The position numbers and the translations under genes were made by a program. A DNA stretch of 64,000 nucleotides from Nemertoderma westbladi. Taxonomy: Eukaryota; Animalia; Xenacoelomorpha. The notes beneath the pieces are model-generated. The model made no database searches, was not told the DNA's origin, and saw nothing but the letters and a program-made list of their open reading frames with translations. Location of the stretch: positions 62,001 through 126,000 of the forward strand of contig JAUCBJ010006329.1 of NCBI GenBank assembly GCA_032718475.1. The letters are read 5' to 3'. Shown here piece by piece: positions 24,505 through 36,800 of this stretch; positions within the stretch are counted from its first letter, which is position 1, and every line of letters starts with the position of its first letter.

Positions 24505-26283
24505 GTTTATGATATGTATCGCGAAGAATTTCCAGGTGAAGAGGTTGGATTTAGTAAGTTTGCTAGTTTACGACCTGAAGAAGTATTGCTATCGGCTAAC
24601 ATACCTTTAGATGTTTGCTTATGTCAAATTCATGAAAACTTTTTAAGTTTGGTGGCAGTATTGATACCAGACTGCCCCTATAATCGTGAATGGGTTACTA
24701 GGAATGTAATTTGTTCAACTCCTACTGAAAAGTGTTTCGAAAGCACTTGTGAAAAATGTTGTGGAAGAAAGAAACTGGAAGAAAAATTGAAGGGAGATCC
24801 GGATGAAACTGTATCCTATCTTGTTTGGGAACGAGTTGGTAATCGTGTTAGTAAATTTGAAAAGTCCGGAACGTATTGTGATTTGAAAGATAAATTGTAT
24901 GATTTACTTCCACAGTTTCTAAAACATTATTTCATTAAACATTGCCAACAAGCAGCATACATTGAGGATAAGGCAGTTTCAAGTTCAACTCATGTTGTGG
25001 TTCATGTTGATTTCAGTGAGAACTATACGTGTACTTATCAAAGGGAGATTCAAAGTGCACATTGGTGTCAGAACCAGGTAACCTTGTATACAGGATGTGT
25101 ATACAAAAGTAATGTTCCTTTACCATACTGTGTTGTCAGTGACTCAACAACACATGATAAGGAGACTGCAGTTACATACTTGTGTTGCATATTGGATTCT
25201 GAGATTGATGACAAAGTAACCAGCCTAAGTATTTGGTCGGATGGACCTTCCAGTCAGTTCAAAAATAGGTACATTGTGTATATGATACCAAAAATCGTAA
25301 CGAGGTACAGGCTTAAGAAGCTCACTTGGAATTACTTTGCCACCTCCCATGGCAAGGGCGCGGTCGACGGGCTTGGAGGTGCCCTAAAGAGAACTGTTCG
25401 ATGTGTAGTAAAACAAGGGAAAGTTATTGTGAAGGATGCGGACTCTTTCATAAAAGCAACCAAGTATAATCAAACCTCTAAAGTCAAGACCATTATATTT
25501 AATGGTGATCCTTCAGAGGATTTCAAAGATATTTTCACGGGGCTTCAGTCAGCACCAGAAGTTTCCGGGATATCGACCTATCATTCAATCACCTGTAAGT
25601 CGTCTATTTCTCAGCTAGACTTTAGGGAGTACAGAGATTACAAAGAGCACAAGCACATTAACAAACACAAGCACCCCACCACGCAAGCACATAAGCACAC
25701 TAACAGTAGTTTAGAAGTTATCCCTGTGGGTCATATTCAAACATCTCAGGTGGGTAATCTATCAACACCTGTTAATGATCCTCTATTGTCTTCCACAATG
25801 GAGGATATCCATCAATCATCTCCGGTTAATGATCCACTATTGTCTTCCACAATGGAGGATAGTCATCAATCATCTCCGGTTAATGATCCTCTATTCTTCT
25901 TCCCAGTAGAGATTCCAGAAGAAGAGATCATAGGACCCGTGTCGCCACATTCATCTAACAACAACAGTTTAGATAATTCTGAACCCGGTATTAAACCGCC
26001 TGATGTTGGTGTCTGGGTCGCAGTTGCCTTTGAAGAACAATTTTATATCGGCAAGGTAGAGAAAATAGTGAACAACCAGGTTGAGGTTAATTTCATGCGT
26101 TCATTAGGTCTAAATCGGTACTGGTGGCCTCCAAAATCCGATCGGATGCGATTTGATTTCTGCGAAAATACTTTCCTAGCGACTTTGATGTCACCACCGG
26201 AGCCAGCTACTGCTCACCATCGAGTATATGTCATACCTGCAACTGAATACCGTCGTATTGTTGACTTATATCTCCAAATTTGA
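24505..26283 (+). CDS. Sola2-type transposase, coding exon 2 (592 aa; spliced product ~773 aa): Cys/His Zn-binding cluster, RNase H-like DDD core, C-terminal Tudor-like domain
   Basis: Acceptor TTTTCCTTAG|G at 24504/24505, in frame with the 589-aa ORF; GFSKFASLRP, CLCQIHEN...C..C...C..CC; candidate catalytic Asp codons at 25009 (DFSENY), 25240 (SDG), 25366 (GAVDG); no internal stops. Confidence 0.9.
   Translation, partial: VYDMYREEFPGEEVGFSKFASLRPEEVLLSANIPLDVCLCQIHENFLSLVAVLIPDCPYNREWVTRNVICSTPTEKCFESTCEKCCGRKKLEEKLKGDPDETVSYLVWERVGNRVSKFEKSGTYCDLKDKLYDLLPQFLKHYFIKHCQQAAYIEDKAVSSSTHVVVHVDFSENYTCTYQREIQSAHWCQNQVTLYTGCVYKSNVPLPYCVVSDSTTHDKETAVTYLCCILDSEIDDKVTSLSIWSDGPSSQFKNRYIVYMIPKIVTRYRLKKLTWNYFATSHGKGAVDGLGGALKRTVRCVVKQGKVIVKDADSFIKATKYNQTSKVKTIIFNGDPSEDFKDIFTGLQSAPEVSGISTYHSITCKSSISQLDFREYRDYKEHKHINKHKHPTTQAHKHTNSSLEVIPVGHIQTSQVGNLSTPVNDPLLSSTMEDIHQSSPVNDPLLSSTMEDSHQSSPVNDPLFFFPVEIPEEEIIGPVSPHSSNNNSLDNSEPGIKPPDVGVWVAVAFEEQFYIGKVEKIVNNQVEVNFMRSLGLNRYWWPPKSDRMRFDFCENTFLATLMSPPEPATAHHRVYVIPATEYRRIVDLYLQI
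25768..25895 (+). repeat. In-frame 54-bp (18-aa) tandem repeat in the transposase linker
   Basis: PVNDPLLSSTMED(I/S)HQSS twice plus PVNDPL; units start at 25768, 25822, 25876. Confidence 0.9.
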
Positions 26284-26446
26284 ATTTTTAATTCCAAAAC
26301 ACTGTTGTTAGTTAAAGTGGCGAATTATAAACTCTATTGTAAATTACATAAATTTATATATAATATAAATTTTTGGTAAATACATAAACAGCAAATGGAA
26401 TTGAAACCCAATTTTTTGTTAGAACATTTTTTTCTCATATTTTTAA

Positions 26447-27348
26447 GGATTGTATTTAAATCGCATGGCAGCGTTATATAGTTATTTATATAAACGTATT
26501 TGAAATAAAAACATTTTATTCTTTTTGATTCGAATATCCCCCAAAATCGGGAGAAAAGGCATTGAATTTACTTTTTTCCCGGCGAAAAATGTAAAATATT
26601 GAAAATAAGAAAATGTGAAAATATTTTTGGTGGAATTTCTTAAATTTTATTACATGAATCGAAAGAGCATCGAAGTACTGTAGAAAAGGTTTGCACGCAA
26701 TATGAGCAAAATCCATGCACATACTCAAAAGTTATTGAAACTTTAGTGTCGGCTAGAAGTACTCAAAAACGGAACTCAATATCCAATATTGGTTTGTACT
26801 GTAGTTGAGCTGCTCTCAACTTAAATGAATAAATATTCCAGAATATTTAATTATTAACATTGAGTAAGTCAGCATCATGAGTTGAAAGGTAGAATGATTG
26901 GATATTACTGTAGTTACTGTAACACTACTTTGTTTTATATATTTTACTAAGGAATGAAGCAACAAAAAAGTACCAATTTAAGAATAAAATTACGTACAAT
27001 TTTTTTTAAATATTTCCCTCTAACATTTATAAACCTCGCTTGTGCTCGGTAAATGAAATACCTCGAGAAGAATGAAAAAAAGTTCTACTTTTTTTAAACG
27101 TGCCCCATGTAATAATAATTATTTTTCAAATTTTTGAAAATTTAATATTGTAATTGGTTAAATTATTCTAGAAAGCTGTTTTAATGATAACCACGATATA
27201 TTATAGGCTCGATTTATAATTTAAAACACGCCTTTATAGGTGGTCACTGTAAAAAAAATAAATTAAATTTGAAAAAATTTCAAATTTTTTTTATTGATTT
27301 TAGATACCTTTTACTGTATAACGCTCCCATGCGATATAAATACAACCC
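26447..27348. mobile_element. Old ~900-bp non-autonomous TIR element (Kolobok-like) nested downstream of the transposase
   Basis: GGATTGTATTTAAATCGCATGGCAGCGTTATATAGT matches the reverse complement of ACTGTATAACGCTCCCATGCGATATAAATACAACCC with 4 mismatches in 36; left flank TTAA, right flank degenerate (TTTG); GG...CC termini. Confidence 0.55.
26979..27114 (-). repeat. Diverged inverted relative of the intronic element at 24287-24451
   Basis: AACCTCGCTTGTGCTCGGTAAATGAAATACCTCGAGAA...CCATGTAATA is the reverse complement of TATTACATGG...TTCTCGAGGTATTTTATTTACCGAGCGCCAGCGAGGTT; TAAGAATAAAATTACGTA also matches. Confidence 0.7.
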
Positions 27349-27462
27349 TTTGTTAAAAAAATTTTATCGCAGATTCCGAATTTGACACTCAATTTGCTTC
27401 AAACGCAACCGAAAATGGACGTACAGGCGGTTTCCCATCCAATACATCAATGACACTTTTTA

Positions 27463-27849
27463 GTTACGATCGTGACATAACTTGCCGTTACGCACGTGAC
27501 ACACATTTTCTATGATTACTCAACACAAAAGTTATTTAATACAACATTTTTTGTATGATTACAATTCTAAACTATCTGATTACGGTATGTAAAAAAATTA
27601 TGCAGCACAGATTTTTTAAATTACAATATCGTAAATTTATTGCCGGTGATTTTCAGGTTACACCCGTGACTCGACTTCATTAGCTTATTACTTGCTACAA
27701 CAATTACTTGGGAAGTCGGCAATATCTAAATCTGAATAAACAAGATGTCTGCATGATTGACGCAAAAAAAATTCGAAAAAAAAGTAATTTTAGTGCCCGA
27801 AATTATTTCTTACAATTTTCAAAACGTGTCTCAGCGTTACGACCGTGAC
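27463..27849. promoter_or_regulatory. Right subterminal GTTACGNNCGTGAC motifs (putative transposase binding sites)
   Basis: Copies at 27463, 27487, 27657 (variant) and 27836, the last 2 bp from the TIR. Confidence 0.65.
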
Positions 27850-27862
27850 GGTGGAATTGCCC

Positions 27863-30800
27863 ATTACAGCTTCTATAAAGGAAAGTGTTACCTGTTCTTA
27901 TGACTTTCATTTAAGATTCTCTATCTCGTGGAGTGGGTTAGAAGTTATAAATATGAAAATCGATGTGGTTTTTGAAAAAAATCAGAGGATATTTTGATTA
28001 ATTATTGCAGAAAAACACCAAGGATTTTGACATGGCTTTAATACTTCATTATGTTCATGAAATAGCTGAGATATTTGAGGTGAATTATTGTATCACATAT
28101 TAACTTCGGCTCCAGCCGCTTTGGCAATACGATGAAACTATAATAAATATTCCAGAACACAACAATATTAACAGGGAGATAGGCTACTTATCTCTCCACT
28201 CTGAGAGCCTCAAAAAGGGGGTGTTCCGACGCAATCAAAGTTCATCCATCTCCTGGGGAAAGACGAAGCAAATAACAGCTTCTATAAAGGAAAGTGTTAC
28301 CTGTTCTTATGACTTTTGTTTAAGATTCTCTATCTCGTGGAGTGGATTAGAAGTTATAAATATGAAAATCGATGTGGTTTTTGAAAAAAATCAGAGGATA
28401 TTTTGATAAATTATTGCTGAAAAACCCCAAGGATTTTGACATGGCTTTAATACTTCATTATGTTCATGAAAAAACTGAGATATTTGAGGTGAATTATTGC
28501 ATTACATAATAACTTTAACTCCAGCCACTTTAGCAATACGATGAAACTATAATAAATATTCTAGAACACAACAATATTAACATGGAGATAGGCTATTTAT
28601 CTCTCCACTCAGACAGCCACAGATAGGGAGGGGTGTTTTGACACAATCAAAATTCAAACATCTCCAGGGGAAGACGAAGCAATTAATAGCTGATAACTTC
28701 TATAAATGTAAGTGTTACCCTTTTTTTGACCTTCGTTTAAGATTCTTTATCTTGTAGACTGGGTTAGAAGTCATGAATATGAAAATCGATGTCGTTTTTT
28801 GTAAAAAATCAGAGGAGATTTTGATAAATTATGGCAGAAAAACACCAAGGATTTTGACATGGCTTTAATACTTCATTATGTTCATGAAAAAACTGAGATA
28901 TTTGAGGTGAGTTATTGTATTACATATTAACTTCGGCTCCAGCCGCTTTGGCAATACGATGCAACTATAATAAATATTCTAGAACACAACAATATTAACA
29001 GGGAGATAGGCTACTTATCTCTTCACTCTGAGAGCCTCAAAAAGGGGGTGTTCCGACGCAATCAAAATTCATCCATCTCCAGGGGAAAGACGAAGCAAAG
29101 AATAGCTGATTACTTCTATAAATGTAAGTGATACCTGTTCTTTAGACTTTCGTTTAAGATTGTCGATCTCTTGGAGTGGGTTAGAAGTCATGAATATGAT
29201 AATCGATGTCGTTTTTGTAAAAAATCAGAGGATATTTTGATTAATTATTGCAGAAAAACACCAAGGATTTTGACATGGCTTTAATACTTCATTATGTTCA
29301 TGAAATAGCTGAGATATTTGAGGTGAATTATTGCATTACATATTAACTTTGGCTCCAGCCGCTTTGGCAATACGATGAAACTATAATAAATATTCTAGAA
29401 CACAACAATATTAACAGGGAGATAGGCTACTCATCTCTTCACTCTGACAGCCTCAAAAAGGGGGTGTTCCGACGCAATCAAAATTAATCCATCTCCAGGG
29501 GAAAGACGAAGCAAAGAACAGCTGATTACTTCTATAAATGTAAGTGTTACCTGTTCTTTTGACTTTCATTTAAGATTCGCTATCTCATTGAGTGGGTTAG
29601 AAGTTATAAATATGAAAATCGATGTCGTTTTTTGTAAAAAATCTGAGGATCTTTTGATAAATTATTGCTGAAAAACCCCAAGGATTTTGACATGGCTTTA
29701 ATACTTCATTATGTTCATGAAAACACTGAGATATTTGAGGTTAATTATTGCATTACATAATAACTTTAACTCCAGCCACTTTAGCAATACGATGAAACTA
29801 TAATAAATATTCTAGAACACAACAATATTAACATGGAGATAGGCTACTTATCTCTCCACTCAGACAGCCACAGATAGGGAGGCGTGTTTTGACACAATCA
29901 AAATTCAACCATCTCCAGGGGAAGACGAAGCAAATAACAGCTGATAACTTCTATAAATGTAAGTGTTACCTGTTTTTTGACTTTCGTTTAAGATTCTTTA
30001 TCTTGTGGACTGGGATAGAAGTCATGAATATGAAAATCGATGTCGTTTTTTGTAAAAAATCGGAGGAGATTTTGATAAATTATTGCAGAAAAACACCAAG
30101 GATTTTGACATGGCTTTAATACTTCATTATGTTCATGAAAAAACTGAGATATTTGAGGTGAGTTATTGTATTACATATTAACTTCGGCTCCAGCCGCTTT
30201 GGTAATACGATTAAACTATAATAAATATTCTAGAACGCAACAATATTAACAGGGAGATAGGCTACTTATCTCTCCACTCTGAGAGCCTCAAAAAGGGGGT
30301 GTTCCGACGCAATCAAAGTTCATCCATCTCCTGGGGAAAGACGAAGCAAATAACAGCTTCTATAAAGGAAAGTGTTACCTGTTCTTATGACTTTCATTTA
30401 AGATTCTCTATCTCGTGGAGTGGGTTAGAAGTTATAAATATGAAAATCGATATGGTTTTTGAAAAAAATCAGAGGATATTTTGATTAATTATTGCAGAAA
30501 AACACCAAGGATTTTGACATGGCTTTAATACTTCATTATGTTCATGAAATAGCTGAGATATTTGAGGTGAATTATTGTATCACATATTAACTTCGGCTCC
30601 AGCCGCTTTGGCAATACGATGAAACTATAATAAATATTCCAGAACACAACAATATTAACAGGGAGATAGGCTACTTATCTCTCCACTCTGAGAGCCTCAA
30701 AAAGGGGGTGTTCCGACGCAATCAAAGTTCATCCATCTCCTGGGGAAAGACGAAGCAAATAACAGCTTCTATAAAGGAAAGTGTTACCTGTTCTTATGAC

Positions 30801-33800
30801 TTTTGTTTAAGATTCTCTATCTCGTGGAGTGGATTAGAAGTTATAAATATGAAAATCGATGTGGTTTTTGAAAAAAATCAGAGGATATTTTGATAAATTA
30901 TTGCTGAAAAACCCCAAGGATTTTGACATGGCTTTAATACTTCATTATGTTCATGAAAAAACTGAGATATTTGAGGTGAATTATTGCATTACATAATAAC
31001 TTTAACTCCAGCCACTTTAGCAATACGATGAAACTATAATAAATATTCTAGAACACAACAATATTAACATGGAGATAGGCTATTTATCTCTCCACTCAGA
31101 CAGCCACAGATAGGGAAGGGTGTTTTGACACAATCAAAATTCAAACATCTCCAGGGGAAGACGAAGCAATTAATAGCTGATAACTTCTATAAATGTAAGT
31201 GTTACCCTTTTTTTGACCTTCGTTTAAGATTCTTTATCTTGTAGACTGGGTTAGAAGTCATGAATATGAAAATCGATGTCGTTTTTTGTAAAAAATCAGA
31301 GGAGATTTTGATAAATTATGGCAGAAAAACACCAAGGATTTTGACATGGCTTTAATACTTCATTATGTTCATGAAAAAACTGAGATATTTGAGGTGAGTT
31401 ATTGTATTACATATTAACTTCGGCTCCAGCCGCTTTGGCAATACGATGCAACTATAATAAATATTCTAGAACACAACAATATTAACAGGGAGATAGGCTA
31501 CTTATCTCTTCACTCTGAGAGCCTCAAAAACGGGGTGTTCCGACGCAATCAAATTTCATCCATCTCCAGGGGAAAGACGAAGCAAAGAACAGCTGATTAC
31601 TTCTATAAATGTAAGTGTTACCTGTTCTTTTGACTTTCATTTAAGATTCGTCTATCTCATGGAGTGGGTTAGAAGTTATAAATATGAAAATCGATGTGGT
31701 TTTTGAAAAAAATCAGAGGATATTTTGATTAATTATTGCTGAAAAACACCAAGGATTTTGACATGGCTTTAATACTTCATTATGTTCATGAAATAGCTGA
31801 GATATTTGAGGTGAATTATTGCATTACATATTAACTTTGGCTCCAGCCGCTTTGGCAATACGATGAAACTATAATAAATATTCTAGAACACAACAATATT
31901 AACAGGGAGATAGGCTACTTATCTCTTCATTCTGAGAGCCTCAAAAAGGGGGTGTTCCGACGCAATCAAAATTCATCCATCTCCAGGGGAAAGACGAAGC
32001 AAAGAATAGCTGATTACTTCTATAAATGTAAGTGTTACCTGTTCTTTAGACTTTCGTTTAAGATTGTCGATCTCTTGGAGTGGGTTAGAAGTCATGAATA
32101 TGATAATCGATGTCGTTTTTAGTAAAAAATCAGAGGATATTTTGATAAATTATTGCTGAAAAACACCAAGGATTTTGACATGGCTTTAATACTTCATTAT
32201 ATTCATGAAATAGCTGAGATATTTGAGGTGAATTATTGCATTACATATTAACTTTGGCTCCAGCCGCTTTGGCAATACGATGAAACTATAATAAATATTC
32301 TAGAACACAACAATATTAACAGGGAGATAGGCTACTCATCTCTTCACTCTGACAGCCTCAAAAAGGGGGTGTTCCGACGCAATCAAAATTAATCCATCTC
32401 CAGGGGAAAGACGAAGCAAAGAACAGCTGATTACTTCTATAAATGTAAGTGTTACCTGTTCTTTTGACTTTCATTTAAGATTCGCTATCTCATTGAGTGG
32501 GTTAGAAGTTATAAATATGAAAATCGATGTCGTTTTTTGTAAAAAATCAGAGGATATTTTGATAAATTATTGCTGAAAAACACCAAGGATTTTGACATGG
32601 CTTTAATACTTCATTATGTTCATGAAATAGCTGAGATATTTGAGGTGAATTATTGTATTACATATTAACTTTGGCTCCAGCCGCTTTGGCAATACGATGA
32701 AACTATAATAAATATTCTAGAACACAACAATATTAACAGGGAGATAGGCTACTTATCTCTCCACTCTGAGAGCCTCAAAAAGGGGGTGTTCCGACGCAAT
32801 CAAAATTCATCCATCTCCAGGGGAAAGACGAAGCAAATAACAGCTGATTACTTCTATAAATGTAAGTGTTACCTGTTCTTTTGACTTTCGTTTAAGATTC
32901 TCTATCTCGTGGAGTGGATTAGAAGTTATAAATATGAAAATCGATGTGGTTTTTGAAAAAAATCAGAGGATATTTTGATAAATTATTGCTGAAAAACACC
33001 AAGGATTTTGACATGGCTTTAATACTTCATTATGTTCATGAAATAGCTGAGATATTTGAGGTGAATTATTGCATTACATATTAACTTCAGCTCCAGCCGC
33101 TTTGGCAATACGATGAAACTATAATAAATATTCTAGAACACAACAATATTAACAGGGAGATAGGCTACTTATCTCTTCACTCTGAGAGCCTCAAAAAGGG
33201 GGTGTTCCGACGCAATCAAAATTCATCCATCTCCAGGGGAAAGACGAAGCAAATAACAGCTGATTACTTCTATAAATGTAAGTGTTACCTGTTCTTTTGA
33301 CTTTCATTTAAGATTCTCTATCTCGTGGAGTGGGTTAGAAGTTATAAATATGAAAATCGATGTGGTTTTTGAAAAAAATCAGAGGATATTTTGATAAATT
33401 ATTGCTGAAAAACCCCAAGGATTTTGACATGGCTTTAATACTCATTATGTTCATGAAATAGCTGAGATATTTGAGGTGAATTATTGTATTACATATTAAC
33501 TTTGGCTCCAGCCGCTTTGGCAATACGATGAAACTATAATAAATATTCTAGAACACAACAATATTAACAGGGAGATAGGCTACTTATCTCTTCACTCTGA
33601 GAGCCTCAAAAAGGGGGTGTTCCGACGCAATCAAAATTCATCCATCTCCAGGGGAAAGACGAAGCAAAGAATAGCTGATTACTTCTATAAATGTAAGTGT
33701 TACCTGTTCTTTAGACTTTCGTTTAAGATTGTCGATCTCTTGGAGTGGGTTAGAAGTCATGAATATGATAATCGATGTCGTTTTTGTAAAAAATCAGAGG

Positions 33801-36800
33801 ATATTTTGATTAATTATTGCTGAAAAACACCAAGGATTTTGACATGGCTTTAATACTTCATTATGTTCATGAAATAGCTGAGATATTTGAGGTGAATTAT
33901 TGCATTACATATTAACTTTGGCTCCAGCCGCTTTGGCAATACGATGAAACTATAATAAATATTCTAGAACACAACAATATTAACAGGGAGATAGGCTACT
34001 CATCTCTTCACTCTGACAGCCTCAAAAAGGGGGTGTTCCGACGCAATCAAAATTAATCCATCTCCAGGGGAAAGACGAAGCAAAGAACAGCTGATTACTT
34101 CTATAAATGTAAGTGTTACCTGTTCTTTTGACTTTCATTTAAGATTCGCTATCTCATTGAGTGGGTTAGAAGTTATAAATATGAAAATCGATGTCGTTTT
34201 TTGTAAAAAATCTGAGGATCTTTTGATAAATTATTGCTGAAAAACCCCAAGGATTTTGACATGGCTTTAATACTTCATTATGTTCATGAAAACACTGAGA
34301 TATTTGAGGTTAATTATTGCATTACATAATAACTTTAACTCCAGCCACTTTAGCAATACGATGAAACTATAATAAATATTCTAGAACACAACAATATTAA
34401 CATGGAGATAGGCTACTTATCTCTCCACTCAGACAGCCACAGATAGGGAGGCGTGTTTTGACACAATCAAAATTCAACCATCTCCAGGGGAAGACGAAGC
34501 AAATAACAGCTGATAACTTCTATAAATGTAAGTGTTACCTGTTTTTTGACTTTCGTTTAAGATTCTTTATCTTGTGGACTGGGATAGAAGTCATGAATAT
34601 GAAAATCGATGTCGTTTTTTGTAAAAAATCGGAGGAGATTTTGATAAATTATTGCAGAAAAACACCAAGGATTTTGACATGGCTTTAATACTTCATTATG
34701 TTCATGAAAAAACTGAGATATTTGAGGTGAGTTATTGTATTACATATTAACTTCGGCTCCAGCCGCTTTGGTAATACGATTAAACTATAATAAATATTCT
34801 AGAACGCAACAATATTAACAGGGAGATAGGCTACTTATCTCTCCACTCTGAGAGCCTCAAAAAGGGGGTGTTCCGACGCAATCAAAGTTCATCCATCTCC
34901 TGGGGAAAGACGAAGCAAATAACAGCTTCTATAAAGGAAAGTGTTACCTGTTCTTATGACTTTCATTTAAGATTCTCTATCTCGTGGAGTGGGTTAGAAG
35001 TTATAAATATGAAAATCGATATGGTTTTTGAAAAAAATCAGAGGATATTTTGATTAATTATTGCAGAAAAACACCAAGGATTTTGACATGGCTTTAATAC
35101 TTCATTATGTTCATGAAATAGCTGAGATATTTGAGGTGAATTATTGTATCACATATTAACTTCGGCTCCAGCCGCTTTGGCAATACGATGAAACTATAAT
35201 AAATATTCCAGAACACAACAATATTAACAGGGAGATAGGCTACTTATCTCTCCACTCTGAGAGCCTCAAAAAGGGGGTGTTCCGACGCAATCAAAGTTCA
35301 TCCATCTCCTGGGGAAAGACGAAGCAAATAACAGCTTCTATAAAGGAAAGTGTTACCTGTTCTTATGACTTTCATTTAAGATTCTCTATCTCGTGGAGTG
35401 GGTTAGAAGTTATAAATATGAAAATCGATATGGTTTTTGAAAAAAATCAGAGGATATTTTGATTAATTATTGCAGAAAAACACCAAGGATTTTGACATGG
35501 CTTTAATACTTCATTATGTTCATGAAATAGCTGAGATATTTGAGGTGAATTATTGTATCACATATTAACTTCGGCTCCAGCCGCTTTGGCAATACGATGA
35601 AACTATAATAAATATTCCAGAACACAACAATATTAACAGGGAGATAGGCTACTTATCTCTCCACTCTGAGAGCCTCAAAAAGGGGGTGTTCCGACGCAAT
35701 CAAAGTTCATCCATCTCCTGGGGAAAGACGAAGCAAATAACAGACTTCTATAAAGGAAAGTGTTACCTGTTCTTATGACTTTTGTTTAAGATTCTCTATC
35801 TCGTGGAGTGGATTAGAAGTTATAAATATGAAAATCGATGTGGTTTTTGAAAAAAATCAGAGGATATTTTGATAAATTATTGCTGAAAAACCCCAAGGAT
35901 TTTGACATGGCTTTAATACTTCATTATGTTCATGAAAAAACTGAGATATTTGAGGTGAATTATTGCATTACATAATAACTTTAACTCCAGCCACTTTAGC
36001 AATACGATGAAACTATAATAAATATTCTAGAACACAACAATATTAACATGGAGATAGGCTATTTATCTCTCCACTCAGACAGCCACAGATAGGGAATGGT
36101 GTTTTGACACAATCAAAATTCAAACATCTCCAGGGGAAGACGAAGCAATTAATAGCTGATAACTTCTATAAATGTAAGTGTTACCCTTTTTTTGACCTTT
36201 GTTTAAGATTCTTTATCTTGTTGACTGGGTTAGAAGTCATGAATATGAAAATCGATGTCGTTTTTTGTAAAAAATCAGAGGAGATTTTGATAAATTATGG
36301 CAGAAAAACACCAAGGATTTTGACATGGCTTTAATACTTCATTATGTTCATGAAAAAACTGAGATATTTGAGGTGAGTTATTGTATTACATATTAACTTC
36401 GGCTCCAGCCGCTTTGGCAATACGATGCAACTATAATAAATATTCTAGAACACAACAATATTAACAGGGAGATAGGCTACTTATCTCTTCACTCTGAGAT
36501 CCTCAAAAACGGGGTGTTCCGACGCAATCAAATTTCATCCATCTCCAGGGGAAAGACGAAGCAAAGAACAGCTGATTACTTCTATAAATGTAAGTGTTAC
36601 CTGTTCTTTTGACTTTCATTTAAGATTCGCTATCTCATGGAGTGGGTTAGAAGTTATAAATATGAAAATCGATGTGGTTTTTGAAAAAAATCAAAGGATA
36701 TTTTGATTAATTATTGCTGAAAAACACCAAGGATTTTGACATGGCTTTAATACTTCATTATGTTCATGAAATAGCTGAGATACTTGAGGTGAATTGTTGC

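Larger units (their letters stand above)
19628..24873 (+). repeat. Tandem duplication of transposase upstream region, exon 1, intron and start of exon 2 (units 19628-22345 and 22347-24873)
   Basis: CTATTGGCGGGAAATTTAAACC at 19628 and 22347; both units end ...AAGTCCGGAACG; ORF pairs 19990/22709 and 21986/24514 are nearly identical. Confidence 0.95.
19195..27862 (+). mobile_element. Sola2-type DDD DNA transposon, 8668 bp, with internal tandem duplication and nested MITEs
   Basis: TIRs GGGCAATTCCA (19195-19205) and TGGAATTGCCC (27852-27862); GRG terminus; flanks ATAA/ATTA (4-bp TSD with one mismatch). Removal restores gaagcaaATAAcagcttctataaagg as seen near 28270. Transposase motifs DFSENY, QSAHW, SDGPSSQFKN, FATSHGKGAVDGLGG. 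Confidence 0.85.

Noticed and set aside
22709-26283. ORFs 22709-23278 and 24514-26283 as two separate genes or a host gene
   Set aside because: Canonical phase-0 splice sites join them into one transposase, and they lie between TIRs with a TSD.
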